Assembly: GCA_951406725.2 (NCBI GenBank)
Contig: OX597832.1
Span: forward strand, 68,634,001-68,698,000
Source: Octopus vulgaris
Lineage: Eukaryota
Direction: 5' to 3'
DNA: 64,000 bases
This document shows, piece by piece, positions 1 to 15,010 of the stretch. The position numbers and the translations under genes were made by a program. The notes below the pieces were generated by a model. That model did no database searches. It was given only the letters and a program-made list of their open reading frames with translations, and had not been told where the DNA came from. Each line of letters starts with the position of its first letter. The stretch's first letter is position 1.

Positions 1-60
1 TAATTACAAATTATGTTACAGCACTGGGGCCAAATGTGTATTGGTTTTAACCCTTTCAAA

Positions 61-1030
61 ATGAGTTTAGATCAGATCCACATCACCCCCTCTGGCTGTT
101 TGAATTCAAAAGTGAGTCTTTAGCAATGGAAGTGGCAAGAAATGTTTATTGTATTTATGGAGATGAAGCTTTAAATGTCCAGATATGCCAATGATGGTTT
201 GGTCAGTTTCACTCAAAATTGGTTGTCTCACAGATTCATTTTCATCTGGATGACCAAATTATGTCAATACTGAGCTTCTGAGAAAAATTTAAAGCAAATT
301 TCATGAGAATTACCAAATAAGTTCAATTCAAGTCAAACTTGAATCATAAAACATCAGGATATCTAACTTTGACCATTTCTCAGATTAGTCAAAGTATCAC
401 TCGCTGCTTGTCATTGAAAAATAGACTTGTTACTGAATTTTTCTTGGTAGAATCATCAAAAGAGATGAAAAGTGGGTCCTTTATAATGACATCCAATGAA
501 ATCAATAATGGTTAGTCCCCGATGTGACAGAAGAATCAAGCCCCAAACCAGGACAATACCCAAAAGAGGTTATGCTCTGTGTTTGCTGTGATATGAAGGG
601 TGTGGTCTTTCAAGAAGTATTAACTGAAGCATCTAATGTGGAGAAATATTATCATCAATTTGATGCACTGTACAAAAATTTGCAGCAAATGTGTCTGTCA
701 TTGGTTAATCATAAAAAGGTGTTGTTCTTACATGATAATGCCAGGCCACATATTGCCTGAGTCACTCACAAAAGATTATGGTACTCTATATGCAAGTTTT
801 GCTCCATCTTTCTTACTTTCTAGACTTCATGTTTTCTGACTACCATCTCTTAAGATCATTATAAGATCATTTCAAGAGGTAACAGTTTATTAATTGTAAA
901 GCGGTTAAATGAATTACTCTGAGTGGTTCTTTGCCTTGAAACCTGATGGATTTTACACCAGGGAGTTCAACAATCTGCCAAATAGAGAGGATTATGCCAT
1001 CAACATTGAGGCAGAGAAATATTATTTTAA
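61..1030 (+). mobile_element. Decayed mariner (DD34D-type) transposase relic
   Basis: Broken reading gives EVARNVYCIYGDEALNVQICQ*WF, GDEKW-like (RDEKWVLY), LFLHDNARPHIA and a degenerate 'SDYHL' segment; many stops and frameshifts; TIRs not resolved. Confidence 0.85.
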
Positions 1031-1177
1031 TCGAATATATCGATTAAGGGTAAAGAAGTGTTTCTTTCCCATCTAGCAATCAAGAGGACTTTGAACTAAG
1101 GTTATATATAACCTCATTAATTGTAGCAGGTATTGTGAGATATGCAGCATTTGTTTGTATATTTATTCTTAATATAT

Positions 1178-1386
1178 TTAGGCAGAAATGTTTGCATACT
1201 AGGCAAAATGCATAGCGATATTTCATCTGTCCTTATGCTCTGAGGTCAAATTCTGCTGAAGTTAACTTTGCCTTTCATCCTTTCTGGGTTAATAAATTAA
1301 GTACCAGTTGTGTACTGGGGTCAATCTAATCGACTGGCCCCCTCCCCCCAAATTTCTGGCCTTGTGCTTAGAGTAGAAACGAATAT
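1178..1386 (+). mobile_element. tRNA-derived SINE with Meta-like central domain
   Basis: GCCTTTCATCCTTTC..GGTT.ATAAATTAAGTACCAG core recurs at 16171, 19196, 21500-22278 and 26775. Confidence 0.8.
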
Positions 1387-4254
1387 GCTTAGGTAGATTC
1401 AGACACAACGATATGCTGGTCACTATAGTATACAATCACAGGTGAATAACTTCTCTCTTTTATAGCAACAACATGTTCCACACACTCAGTTTATTGATGC
1501 ACAACATTCTGGAACACCTGTATTTTATCATGTTATCTCATCAGCCTGAAGAACCTGCACCTTTGGGCCTAAATCAAGCTGCTGGATTTGCTTATGCTCT
1601 CAAAAAGCAAACTGCCTGCTAATTAGTGCTTATACCTGCCAACTGATTAAAAAAAAAACAGTCTAGCTCATTATTTGTAGAGCAAGATCTGTAATGATTC
1701 TTTGAGGTCCTGTGTGCCAATGAGCCATATTATGAATAAATATGCTTCTGGCTGTTGAGACATGCTGGAACACTAATGTCCCAGAATCGTGTGTGCCAAG
1801 GAACTGGGTTGAGCACAATATTGTAAAAAAGAGAGATTATTGTACTATGAGAACATTCACAACTATGTCCAGCATATCTTGTGTTCGAACCTGTCCAGAT
1901 GTATTAAAAATAAAAGCAGGAATAATCATTTTACACACAGAAACAACACACACAGAGTATATATATGAAGACCCCCCCACACACACACATATATATTATG
2001 TATATTTATGAATAAATGTATGTGTATGCACACATATACATTGTATATCCAAAGTAATATGTGACTGTATCCATACATATAGTCACACTGTATGTGTATG
2101 TATACACACACACACACACATACACGCAAAGTAATTCATTCCCCATTGTTTCATGATAACATTTTTCTCACCATCACTCATTTCTATGTTCCCATTTAGC
2201 ACTTGGTTACAGTTCACAAAGACAGCAAAGTGTTAGAATACAAAGCACTGATATCCCAACTTATATCCTATCACTCTTATTACTATTTGTAAGATAATTA
2301 TATTAATTATATCAAATATATATGGACAAAACGATATCTATTTTGTTTTGCTCTGCCATCAAACGAGTATGATACTGATTATATCTGAACAAGAAAAATA
2401 TTTGTAGGAAAGTAAAGCTATTGAGATATCCTTCTAAATTATATATCTGTGTGTGTGTGTCTGTGTGTGTGTGTGTGCTTATATGTATATGAACACACAC
2501 ACGGATATTAAATGTAATACCAGCAATTCAGTTCTTCGTTTATTATATTTGTATATATATAAATGTTTGTGTATATATCTATGTATGTATCTAAACAAAA
2601 ATCTCTTGACAACTATGATCTTAATCAGAAATCTCCAGCTGCTTACAATACCTAAACATTAAACATGACTAATCCCATTCCCCACCAAAAAAGGGCAACT
2701 TATAAGGTTTCTACCACAAACCACAAATCCCTACACATATGAAACAAAATCCTCCAATGTAGACAATTTTTTATACTCTAAGTTTATCTGAATCAAAATA
2801 GATCAAAATTGTTTTTAGAAACCTTTATAAAATGCTTTTCACTGATGTCTTTTGTGGAGAAAAATCTTTTATGGGTCCAAATATTTTCCAAACATATTTC
2901 AACTGGCATCAAATTTGTTTTTTTTGTTCCTTCTTTCAGTCACTACTTTACACATCAACTCATGACAGGTGAGATGCTTCATCAGTTAATAGTTTAATCG
3001 CTTTCTAAGAAGAGAAGTTAAGCTTCTTAGTTCAAGGTTGTCAAACATAGGTACCTAGTGCTGATGAGAACAAATTTAATTTGAAATACATATCCATCAG
3101 TCCATAAGAGGCTACTTTAAGCTGACTATGGAGTTTTGACATAATTTGGTCTCCAGCAAGAATTTGTTCTCCATGACAAACTACAGTGAAAATCATTTTC
3201 ACAAATTCAAGTATGTTTCAAATATATTTGAATTGGTATCAAATGTTTTTGCTTTCAACTGTTGCTTTGCACATCAACTCACAAATAAATATATATCATG
3301 TATTCATTAGTTGAAGGGACAGTCACTTAAAACAAACTTGATATCTTTATATTTCTCTTGTTCCTATTCGCTCAACTTCACAAAAGCAATCTGCAAAGAT
3401 GACTGTCATTATTACAGATTATTATCATAAATGTTAATTTGAGTTCTTTCAAAAGTTCATAATCCATCGTTGGCTTATAGTTTTGTTGTCCTTCTCTTTC
3501 CAAAGACAAGACCTGATTGGGCAGAACTCTAATCAATAGTTGTTCCTTTGGTGACCACATCATTTGTTATCAAATGCAGGACTTCATTATCTACTCTGTT
3601 CTTCATGGCAAAATGCATGAAAGGAAACTTCACTGCTGTTTCTAGCAGACTGAGGGATGATACAGTGTTTTCTTGCTTGGATGGTCATATACACAACAAT
3701 ATCTGACATCTGATATAACGAACACTGAACATCATAAATGGAGGCTTTGACATCCTGGCTATCATTGCTGGGAATCTGTTTCAATAACTTCCTTATAAGA
3801 TATGACTGTGTCATTAAGAAGTGGACTTCTTAATGCAGTGATTTCAAGTTCAATCCCACAGCATGGCACCTTTGGCGATTGTTTCTTACTTATAGAGTAA
3901 CTGACGCCTTGTAAATGGATTAAGAAGGCAGTGGCTTAAAAACGGTTACATGTGAATGCTTGCACATGTGCGTGCATGTGTGCCTCTGTGTGTGTGTGTG
4001 TGTGTGTGACGTTGTCTTGATATTAGGCAACAGATTTAAATGAGCGCCCCCTGTCTTACAAATTGTGTCCTTTTCCAGTTTCCATGGAGACACTTCTGGC
4101 CATGGGGAACTAATATCTTTCTTGGAAAATGGGTTTTTGTTGATGACAGGGAGAGCATCAAGCTGTAAAACATTTGCCCCATTGAAATTATGTCTGATCT
4201 ACAAAAGCATGGGAAAGTAGATGTTAGAACAATGATTACAAGGACAGCTGATGG

Positions 4255-4366
4255 CAATGATGACGACGATGATGACGGTCGTCATCATCATCATCATCAT
4301 TCATCATCATCCATCATCAATCATCATTATCATCATCACCATCATCAATCATCACCATCATCAACG

Positions 4367-4397
<31 letters not shown>

Positions 4398-4700
4398 CAT
4401 CATTAACATCATCACCATCACCAATCATCATCGTCATCATCATCGTCATCATCATCATCCATCGTCTTCATCATTATCATCATCACCATCATCATCCTCA
4501 TCATCATCATCATCGTCGTCGTCATCATCGTCATCTTCATCATCATCATCCATCGTCATCGTCATCATCATCATCATCATCATCATCGTCATTATCCATC
4601 ATCATCCATCATCATCATCATCCATTGTCATCCATCATCGTTATCATCATCGTTATCATCACTGTCTTCATCATCATCATCATCATCTTCTTCTTCTTCT
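4255..4700. repeat. Imperfect (CAT)n microsatellite
   Basis: Direct reading; explains the poly-H/S/I ORF 4190-4702. Confidence 0.97.
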
Positions 4701-5957
4701 GAGCCCTGAACCTCTTGACAGTGTCACCACAATGAATATTCATTGCTGGCCATGCTAACAGAACACATCTTTTCAATCAGATCATTCCTGACTCTACTTG
4801 CAGATAACTTCACTCTGTACTGTAACAGATTTGATTCTGGGTAGAGGGTGTATGGTTGGTTGGTTGGCTGGCTGGCTGGCTGGTCGGTTGGATACCCAGC
4901 AATGAGATCAACAACAGTGACATGAATGTATTATTACAATGTTCCATGCTGTTGGATCTGTCCCCAGCAATTACAAAATCATTCCAAGAAGCTAACATGC
5001 TGTGAGGCAGTGAAGAAATGTAAATGAAATTGTTGAGTTATAAAAATACATCTAAAAATACACAAATTCAAATTATAAGGCAGATTTAAAAAAAAAAAAC
5101 TAAAACAAAAGCATAATATTAAAATTAAAATACATTTTGAAGAAAATGTCAGATTACTATTTGATAATGGAATTATTCACAGGGGAGATAGTAATGACCT
5201 CTACCTCCTTTCCAGTCATCCTCCACACAAATAATCAGCTGATTCTGAATAAGAGACAGAGAGAGGAAATCTATAAAGTCACTCAATTCGGTAGAAATAG
5301 CAGCTAAATTTCAGTTGTGTGACATCTTATTGCTAAAATGGAAAATGAAAATGTCCAATAATTATGTTCAAGATATGTTGTGTGTGAAAAGAAAGTGGAA
5401 TAGTCAAAGCAGGGTTGTCTTTGATCATAAATCGGTTCATTAAAGTTTGGTCTGAGTATTCAAGATGTCAACTAGTAACAGATAAGTGACAAAGAAGAAA
5501 AGACAGCTGCCTGTGGTTTCACAACCTGCTAAAAATAGCAGTCTAATATAAAAAACAAAAAATCAGAAAGATAAAGAGAATTCATCAATTTGAAGGAAAG
5601 ATGGTCAAACTAGAATTAAATTGATCTATGCACAAGCAACAGAATTAGATTAAAATAATGATGTGTATAATATTTGTAATTTATATACAAACATAAAATA
5701 GTACTAGATGTAGTATCTTTTTGTCCACAGATACACACACAGATTCAACTGTATCTCTGTAGTTGAATTGAGAGTTTAATGGATAACTCATAGCTTCCTT
5801 CTTTGAATATTTCAAAAAATTAATAACACAATACATTTTTGCTTCAAATCTCATGGAACTTGCTTAGTTCTTAAAGATTTCTATGTTTTTGTCATTTTTC
5901 TTTTAAAACACAAATCTAGCTTTTCCAATTCATTTTTTATAATGTAAACATTGTTTA

Positions 5958-5959
<2 letters not shown>

Positions 5960-5997
<38 letters not shown>

Positions 5998-6034
5998 TTG
6001 CTTGCATATTATGTTTATACATGTATACGTATCT

Positions 6035-6078
<44 letters not shown>

Positions 6079-6194
6079 GGCATGCATGTGTATAATTATA
6101 CATATATACATAAAACATATATAAACATATATACATTTATTCATATATATTCATACACATATTTACAAATATACATATATTAATATTCATATGA

Positions 6195-6250
<56 letters not shown>

Positions 6251-6726
6251 ATATGTATAAATATATATATACATAATGTGTGGGGGGGTGTATACATACA
6301 TATATATATATGCATGTCAATATATGTATGTATACATATGTATACCTATACATACATATGCATATGAATACACATATATGTATGTATACATACACACATA
6401 TATACACATAGATATATACACATGCATACATATATATATATGTATACTCATATATATATGTAAGCATATATATGTGTGTGTGTAAGTACACACACACACA
6501 CATTTATATCTATATATATGATATATTCCAACAATTATGTATTTATTTTTTTGTTTCCTTGTTGATTTGTTTACTCTCCTGAATGTATCTTTGTTTCAAA
6601 TCTATTTCAGAATCTAATCTTACACGTCAAAACCATCTCCACTCTCTTGAGATTATTAGCATTGTTGTGGTTTTTATTTGTTTTTGTCAGAATGGCAGGA
6701 TTTCTTGCTATGAAATGACAACTATG

Positions 6727-6782
<56 letters not shown>

Positions 6783-6807
6783 TATATATAGATATATATG
6801 TATGTAT

Positions 6808-6855
<48 letters not shown>

Positions 6856-6873
6856 GTATATATACACATATAA

Positions 6874-6920
<47 letters not shown>

Positions 6921-7130
6921 TATACACATATATATATAATTGATATTGATATACACTCACAGTGTATGTCTGTGTGTGTTTGTGTATAAATATATCTGTC
7001 ATTCATATATACATACAAATATGCAAATATATCTATCTTTTTTGATATATGGATATAGTTACATACGTCCATACCTATACACACATGTTTATGTATGCAT
7101 ATACGTGTGTGTGTGTGTGTGTGTGTGTGT
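5960..7130. repeat. Compound (TA)n/(CA)n/(TG)n low-complexity tract
   Basis: Direct reading; source of the YIYI ORFs. Confidence 0.95.
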
Positions 7131-8394
7131 AAACCATCACACAAACTATCCAAGATAAAAATGAAGTTAACTTATGTCACATTTATTTCATTTCATGTTA
7201 TTATATATTTACCATAATATGAAATAATTTATTTATTTTCGGAAAATATGATAAATAATATATTACAAAAATCAAAAACAAAAGCAAAAACAAAAAAAGC
7301 GGAAGAGAGAGAGAAATGACACAAAACAAATTGGCTTAGAAAACTAAGAAATGTTATATGATTCTTGAAAACACTCTCTCACAATGGAATATTGGTCACT
7401 GATAACAGCTTTATTGAAATACTTGATTCAATGATTGTTGTTGTTGTTGTTATTGTTGTTGCTATTGTTGTTGTTATTACTATCATCAACATTGCTAATG
7501 TTGTTGGTTAATAATGAAATTATCATCATTATTATTATTGTTGTTGTTGCTGTTCTTCATATTGTTATTATTACTATTATTATTAATGTTCTTGTTCTTG
7601 TTTTTACTATTATTCTTGCTATCATATGGCCATATTATATTATATGAAAACACGTTGCAATATACCTTGATCTCATTTATCTTCCAGTTACTACTTAAAC
7701 TATGTAGATAAACACTGTTAATTAATATATTAAGAAATTTACAAATAACAACAAAATGTGTATATTTTTCGAGACAATGATAATACATTTAGATAACTGT
7801 CTGTTGTGTAACACAAAGAAATATATGATTTCTTTAACTCTCACCATCACCATAATGGTGTATATATTTTTTTGCTTTGTATTGATGAGAAAGGTGACAC
7901 AGTGTATGTCTGTAAGGCAAAGGTCAAATGTTGGCAAATATGATGGAATACAATTCCATTGTTATAGTCAACAAATGGTCATTCATATGAAAACTTCAAG
8001 AATGGAGGAGGTGACAAACTAAGATGATAGCAAATACAATGTTTTACAAGTCTTCCATTGTCATATATACATATGTGTGTGTATGCGTATATATATATAT
8101 AAAATGTGAAAAATAGAAAATGGAATTCACAACACTATCTATTCAGAACTACTATGATCATTTCAACTCATCCTGCACCCATAGCTTTCAGGTGAGATGC
8201 TGTACAAACAATTTTCATGCATTATAGGTACAGATGCATCTCCTCAGGTGACTTCTGGAAAAGTGCCTTCCATTTTACTTGTTGTTTCACTTATTTCTGT
8301 TACAATACATTTTGGTAAGTGTAATATACTGTCTTACAAAGAAGACCCACACACACATGCATGCGCACACACACACACACACATACATACACAA

Positions 8395-8454
<60 letters not shown>

Positions 8455-8457
<3 letters not shown>

Positions 8458-9317
8458 TGTATGATGGATAAATTGTTGCCATTTTTTACTTTTACTTTTG
8501 CACACATGCATTGTTTGCTTTGAATTTGTTGACTACACAGTATAGTAGGGTCAGTTGGGCACCATCTGTAAGAAAAACAGCCCCATGATGCAATTCACTT
8601 CTGCTAGAAATTTGGAAACAATCTGCTCTGCTGTTTGGCATTTGTACCAGAAGCTCCAATGTGAACCTTTCAGAGTGTTTGGGTGTCAATTTGAGGAAAG
8701 TCTATGTACTGAGAGTGATAAAAATCAAACATCCAGTCAACATCATCACAAATGATGGTGATGTTATGCCTCCAATCATCTTCCCACATGACCTCACACT
8801 AAACACAGAGTCCTATATCAAGTGCCTGGAGAAGATAGTACTACCCTGGGTCAAGAAAGTGACTGCTAGAAGACCCTATAACTGGCAACAGAACTCTGCA
8901 CCATGCCACACAAGCAGGAGAATCTAGTCATGGCTGTCAGACAATTTCTGTGACTACATCACCTCCAACATCTGGCCATTTAACTCCCCACACTGCAATC
9001 CCCTTTGATTATTGTGTGAGGCACAATTTAGCAAGAGGCCAGAAAAAACACCTTGTAACACCAAAGATGAACTGAAGGGAAGTATTATGGCAGCATTCAC
9101 CAACTCAAATAAGAAGACCATCCAGAAGGGTTGCAGGAGATTCCGAAGTCATCAGATGACCGTCTTTGAAGCCAATGGTGATATTCTTGAATAAATTTAC
9201 TCTTTAATATTTCAAGATATTTTTATGAAATTTTGGTAAATATGTCTGTTAAAATGAAATGTCAGTGTTATTTTCATTTTGGCATAATTTAGATGACAAC
9301 ATAGTCACAGCACCCTG
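8455..9317 (+). mobile_element. Internally deleted Tc1/mariner element, maT/DD37D-like
   Basis: GDVMPP...YIKCLE..VLPW...WQQNSAPCHTS...IWPFNSPHCNPLDY; ends CACCCTG|TA; degenerate CAGTGT start after a (TA)n run. Confidence 0.85.
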
Positions 9318-9340
9318 TACACACACACAAATAAATATAT

Positions 9341-11524
9341 CATCATCATCATAAGAATTTAACGTCCGTTTTCCATGCTAGCATGGGTTGGACGGTTTTG
9401 ACTGAGGGTCGGCAACCAGATGGCTGCACCAGGCTCCAATTTTGATCTGGCAGAGTTTCTACAGCTGGATGCCCTTCCTAACGCCAACCACTCTGAGAGT
9501 GTAGTGGGTGCTTTTTACATGCCACCTGCATGGGGGCCTGTCAGGCGGTACTGGTAATGACCTTGCTCGAATCTTTTTACACGTACCCACCGGCACAAGT
9601 GCCAGTGAAGCGACGTTTGTAACAATCACGCTTGAATGGTGTCCTTTTATGTGCCACGGGTATGGAAGCCAGTTATCTGCTGTGGCAACGATCACGTTCG
9701 GATGGTGTTCTTGGCCCCCTACTAGCACAGGCATAAGTGCCAGTAAGGTGACACTGGTAATGATCACACTCGAAAAGCTGCTCTGTCAATGATCACACTC
9801 GTATGATGCTCTTTGCACCACGCTAGCACGGATGCCAATCAACGAAGTGATTTTGATTTTGATTTGATTTCACTTGCCTCAAAAGGTCTTCGCAAGCAAA
9901 GTTTAGTGACAAAAGAAGGAAAAGCCACGCATAAGTTGGCTGGTTATGCTCCTGGCATAGGCCACGGGTTAAGGTTTCATCTGGCTTGCCAGGTCTTCTC
10001 GAGCACAGCATATTTCCAAAAGTCTCGGTTGTTAGTCATTTCATTGGTGAGGGCCTAATGTTCGAAGGTCGTGCTTCACCACCTCATCCCAGGTCTTTCT
10101 GGGTCTACCTCTTCCACAGGTTCCCTCAATGTGACACGTTTTCACACAGCTATCCTCATCCATTCTCACCACATGACCATACCAGCACAGTCGTCTTTCT
10201 TGCACACCACATCTAATGCTTCTTAGGTCCAACTTTTCTCTCACGGTACTTACACTCTGTTGAGTATGCACACTGACATTACACATCCATCGGATCATAC
10301 TGGCTTCATTCCTTGCAAGCTTACGCATATCCTCAGCAGTCACAGCCCATGTTTCACTGCCATGTAGCATGGCTATTCATACATATGCATCATACAGTCT
10401 GCCTTTTACTCTGAGCAAGAGGCCCTTTGTCACAAGCAGAGGTAAGAGCTCTCTGAACTTTGCCCAAGCTATTCTTATTCTAGCAGCTACACTTTCAGTG
10501 CACCCTCTTCCACTACTGATTTGGTCACCTAGATAATGGAAGCTATCAACTACTTCTAGTTTTTCTCCCTGGAATGTGGCAGAAGTTGGTCTCTGTGCAT
10601 TTTCAGTGTTTATTGCTCCTGAGCATCTGCCACATACAAAAACTATCTTCCCCGTTAGCATTCTTTTGATATTACTGCACCTCTTATGTGTCCATAGCTT
10701 ACACTGGGTACATCTTATTGAGTTTCTACACCTCTACTACAAATCGAGCAGGGCCATCTACCTGAAGGGCTTTGTGGTTTGCCTGCCTTCCTACTTATTA
10801 GGACTTTGGTTTTAGCTAGGTTGATTCTAAGGCCCTTCGATTCTAATCCTTGTTTCCACACTTGAAACTTCTCTAGTTCTGATAGCAACTCAGCGATTAG
10901 TGCAAGGTCATCAGCATAGAGGAGTTCCTAGGGGAATCCTGTCTTGAATTCCTCCGTTATTGCCTGGAGGACTATGATAAATAGGAGGGGACTGAGGACT
11001 GAACCTTGGTGGACCCCAACCTCTACCTTGAATTCTTCAGTGTACTCGTTGCAAACCCTCACCTTCCTTACAGCATCCCTGTACATGGCTTGCACAGCTC
11101 TCACTAACCATTCATCTGTCCCTAGTTTCCTCATTGACCACCAGATAAAGGATCAGGAGACCCTGTCAAAGGCTTTCTCCATGTCAACAAAAGCCAGGTA
11201 CAGAGGTTTATCTTTGGCCAGATATTTCTCCTGCAGATGTCTTACCAGAAATATGGCATCAGTGGTGCTTTTCCCTGGCACGAAACCAAACTGCATCTCA
11301 TCCAAGCTGACTCTCTCCCTAATCAATGGGCTATGACCCTCTCCGTAGCCATCATTACCTGATCCAACAGCTCGATACCTCTGTAATTATTTGTATCTAG
11401 GGCGTCACCTTTACCTTTGTAGCAGTTAACTATTATGCTGCTACACCAGTCATTGGGTATGACTCCTTCGTGTATCACCTGGTTAACTATACGGGTGACT
11501 AGGCTATAGCCGACACTGCCAGAT
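9341..11524 (-). mobile_element. 5'-truncated RTE-clade LINE (RT with YADD, PHD finger, 3' UTR repeats, GAT tail)
   Basis: ORF pieces GVHQGSVLSPLLF and MLHGSETWA; YADD codons near 10907-10918; GRGRPRKTW; (CAT)n at 9341; collinear with 32900-35200. Confidence 0.95.
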
Positions 11525-11622
11525 CAGACTGGAGCCTGGTGCAGCCCCTGGCTTCCCAGACCCCAGTCGAACTGTCCAACCCGTGCTAGCACAGAAAATG
11601 GACGTTAAACGATGATGATGAT
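11513..11622 (+). mobile_element. Short RTE 3'-end fragment with (GAT)n tail
   Basis: Matches 32179-32300; ends GGACGTTAAACGATGATGATG. Confidence 0.9.
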
Positions 11623-11655
11623 ATATATATATGTATGTATATATATATATATATT

Positions 11656-11704
<49 letters not shown>

Positions 11705-11929
11705 AACACACACACACATGTATATGTCCATCTAGTGTTAATTGTCAGAAACAAAAAAGAGTGCTCAGTATCATAGTAGAGGTAAATATATATGTTATCA
11801 TGGCTGACCCTGTCTCTTGTTACTCTGCGTTTTCCCCATTGGTGAACAAGATCTTTCTGTGCTTCAATATTTGACATTCAGGTTATATGAAGTAGTAGAT
11901 TTATTATATGTTGATTTTTATCCTTTATA

Positions 11930-12275
11930 TTTTCTGTTTCAATCATTGGACTGTGGCCAAGTTGGAGCACTGCCTTGAAGGCTTTCAGCTAAACAAATAA
12001 ATACCAGTACTTTTTTTTAAAGTTTTGTACTTATTCTATCAATCTTTTTTGCTGAACCACTAAGTTACGGGGATGAAAACAAACCAGCACCAGTTGTCTA
12101 ATGGTAGGGGGAAATAACACACACACATGATGGGCTTCCGCATAGTTTCCATCTACCAAATTCACTCAGAAGGTATTTGTCTGTCTGAGGCTATATTAGA
12201 ATACACTTGCCAAAGATGCTGCACAATGGGATTGAACCGGAAACCACCTACTTGAGAAGCAAAGCTTCTTAAACG
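11930..12275 (-). mobile_element. tRNA-derived SINE (CORE-like, long family)
   Basis: Reverse-complement homologue of 49718-50065; B-box GGTTCAATCCC. Confidence 0.8.
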
Positions 12276-13602
12276 CTGACACACTTCGTTTTAGTAAGCT
12301 GTGCAAGTGATTCAAATGTTCTTTCCTTCCCTCAAAAATAGGAGATTAATTATGGAATCTATACTCATGTCACAATACATCGTCAAAATATATTTGCAAA
12401 CACATTTATACATGTATAAAGTAACTTTGTGGCTAATAAAATAAAAAGAAATAAAATAAGATAAATGTAAAATATTACAATGGTCAGCATTTTACTGAAA
12501 CAAACAAATGAAAAGATGGCTAATTGTGCCTGAAGGTCCAAAATGCCTTTGGTAGGAAAATTTACAGGAATTGAATTAAGATAACAAACTCAGATATGAA
12601 ATGCATTCAATTCTTGAAAAGGAGACTGTGAATATCTGGAAATGTTGAATAAATATGAACTTAGGAACTTTAGTATTTCAAACTAACTGTAAATACTAAT
12701 AAGATGATACAAAAATAACTAAGATTACAAAAAGATTGAAAGAACACAGTTGAGAATCTAATGAAATGCTAGAAATCTTTGAGTTCCCTGCCTTGTCAAC
12801 ATCATCATCCAGTGTCTTAAATCCAGGTTTTGCCCCCATTAACTGGGGTGGCTGGACCTAACTCAATATCGTAGCAACTAAGGTAGGCAGGTGCAGCCCA
12901 CCCAAACCTTTGGGCTGGCTGGTGCCTATTCTCCTTTGCTATCATGAGGCCATTTTGGAGCTGCATTTTCTACAGGGAACATGCCCTTGCTTACCCCCAA
13001 CCTCAGTTTCTAGACATGAGTGGTCCCGAGACAAAGACCTCCACCATGATTTTTAAGATACCAATATTTTAACACACTGCTATCACATGATACATTGGAC
13101 ATATTTCACTGGCATTCATGCATTATATATGATACAAATTTCCTATTTCTTTAACAACCAGAGTAATTTGGGATTTATGATGGGAAAGTATTATATTACT
13201 CAGAGCAAGGGCTAAATAAAAGTCAGAAGTAAGGAATGAAGAACTTATGGAAAATTTGTGACTTAGTAAAGGAGTAAAAACATGTTGTTTGCTGTTTTGT
13301 TGTTTTTAGTCTGAAACCCATTCTGAATATGAAGACTTAGTCATCATTGATGTTGCAGCCATGACCATATGTAGAGCTCTCAGTATCTTGGATGTTATTA
13401 TTTGAATTAGATATATGCTGCCTTGTTGAAGACTCTACAGTAGGATTTTAAAACCAATTGGTTGTTGTTTCCAACAGGTCAGAGAGGCACATCACAGTCT
13501 TGCTCCCTCCACTGGTTTCCTTGATGTTTTCTTATTCCTATTTAGCTTCATACAGGCTCTGAATTTGTATTTGACGTACTCAGCCATTTTGAAGATGATA
13601 TC

Positions 13603-14015
13603 TTTTACTTGCTTCAGGCATTAGACTGCTACCATACTGGAGCACCACCTTGAAATCTTAATCAAATAAATCAACCTCCTTTACTTATTTTTCAAGCCTG
13701 GAACTTATTCTATCGGTCACTTTTGCCAAACTGCTAAGTTCTGGCGATGCAAACACATCAACACTGGTTGTCAACCGATGGTGATGGTGGTGGAGGAGGA
13801 GGAGAACAAACATAGATTGAAAGACACACACACACAGATACACATACATATGTATCTATGATGGGCTTCTTTCAGTTTCCACCTACCAAATCCACTCACA
13901 AGGCTTTGGTCATCTCAAGGCTATAGTGGAAAAACACTTGCCCAAGATGCCACACTGTGGAACTGAACCAGCAACCATGTGGTTAGGAAGCAATGTTCTT
14001 ATGACCCACCTACAC
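13603..14015 (-). mobile_element. tRNA-derived SINE (CORE-like, long family)
   Basis: Reverse-complement homologue of 30175-30545 and 49718-50065, with internal (CA)n. Confidence 0.85.
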
Positions 14016-14857
14016 CTTTGGCAACTATTTCTAACTAGTCTCACTTTGTCAGCTTCCTTGAGGTCATTTGTGTTTGTGTTTAGCTGCATACTGTCCCTGA
14101 AATGAGTAGACTAATGATCAACTACAATCCAGAAATGACCAGCTAGCCTTCTGTTCCAGAGAAATACAATTACAACTATTTCAATGACTTTCTCAATACA
14201 TTTTGTAAAATATAGTTGAATGCAATTAGAGAGAGATGTCATTGTTACGTTTGGCAAGCATCGTTTTTGACATCTAATGTTTATCATAGATAGCTGTAAT
14301 ATGCTATACCACACACATGAACATGAAAATAAAGCAAAGTGTCTCAATATATTGAGAATATGTAGCGATCAGTTTTTGCTAATATGTAACATTTGATATC
14401 TGATAGAATATTTTGCCTTATTTTGAGAACTAAAATATAATTGCTGACTTATTTTTTTTTTTCTTTGAAGAGGTTAAAATATCAGATTCCACCGTTGAGT
14501 TTTGAATTTTGAATTGATTTCTTGAGGTTTTTCTACTTATATATTTTGGAGAAATATAAGGAAGCATAATTTTATACAGCTTTTTCTGTGGTTCCTATTG
14601 ATTTTGCATCTTTTTATGTCTCCTTTAACAACAGTTTCACAACAATATTTAAGTACTAGCATCGTTGCAGTGGGTGGGGTAGGGGGTGTTTATATTTATT
14701 TCAAGGAATTGCTTATTGTTCTGCTTTTCGATTTTACAGTAGGTCAATCTAATTCCTGCTATAACAATTCCAGCCATCATCATCATCACATTCTACCCCC
14801 TCGTTCACCTCCTCCTCCTCCCCCCATACCCTCCCCCATCATCATCATCCTCATTAT

Positions 14858-15010
14858 GGCTGTGTAGTTAAGAACCTTCCTTCCCATCCGTGTGATCTTT
14901 GATTCAGTCTCACTGTACAGTGCTTTTAGCAAGTCTCTTCTGCTAGAGCCCCAGGCCAACCAAAAGCCTTGAGAGGATTTGGCAGATGAAAACTAAAAGA
15001 AGCCCATTAC
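14858..15010 (+). mobile_element. tRNA-derived SINE, 5' part
   Basis: TGGCTGTGTAGTTAAG...GATTCAGTC...AGCAAGTCTCTTCT, same family head. Confidence 0.7.

Noticed and set aside
4190-4702. 170-aa His/Ser/Ile-rich ORF
   Set aside because: Translation of a (CAT)n microsatellite; no splice or coding signal.
5930-7158. Many overlapping [12 protein letters not shown] ORFs (also near 47000, 60200 and 62400-64000)
   Set aside because: Dinucleotide repeats lack stop codons; artefacts.
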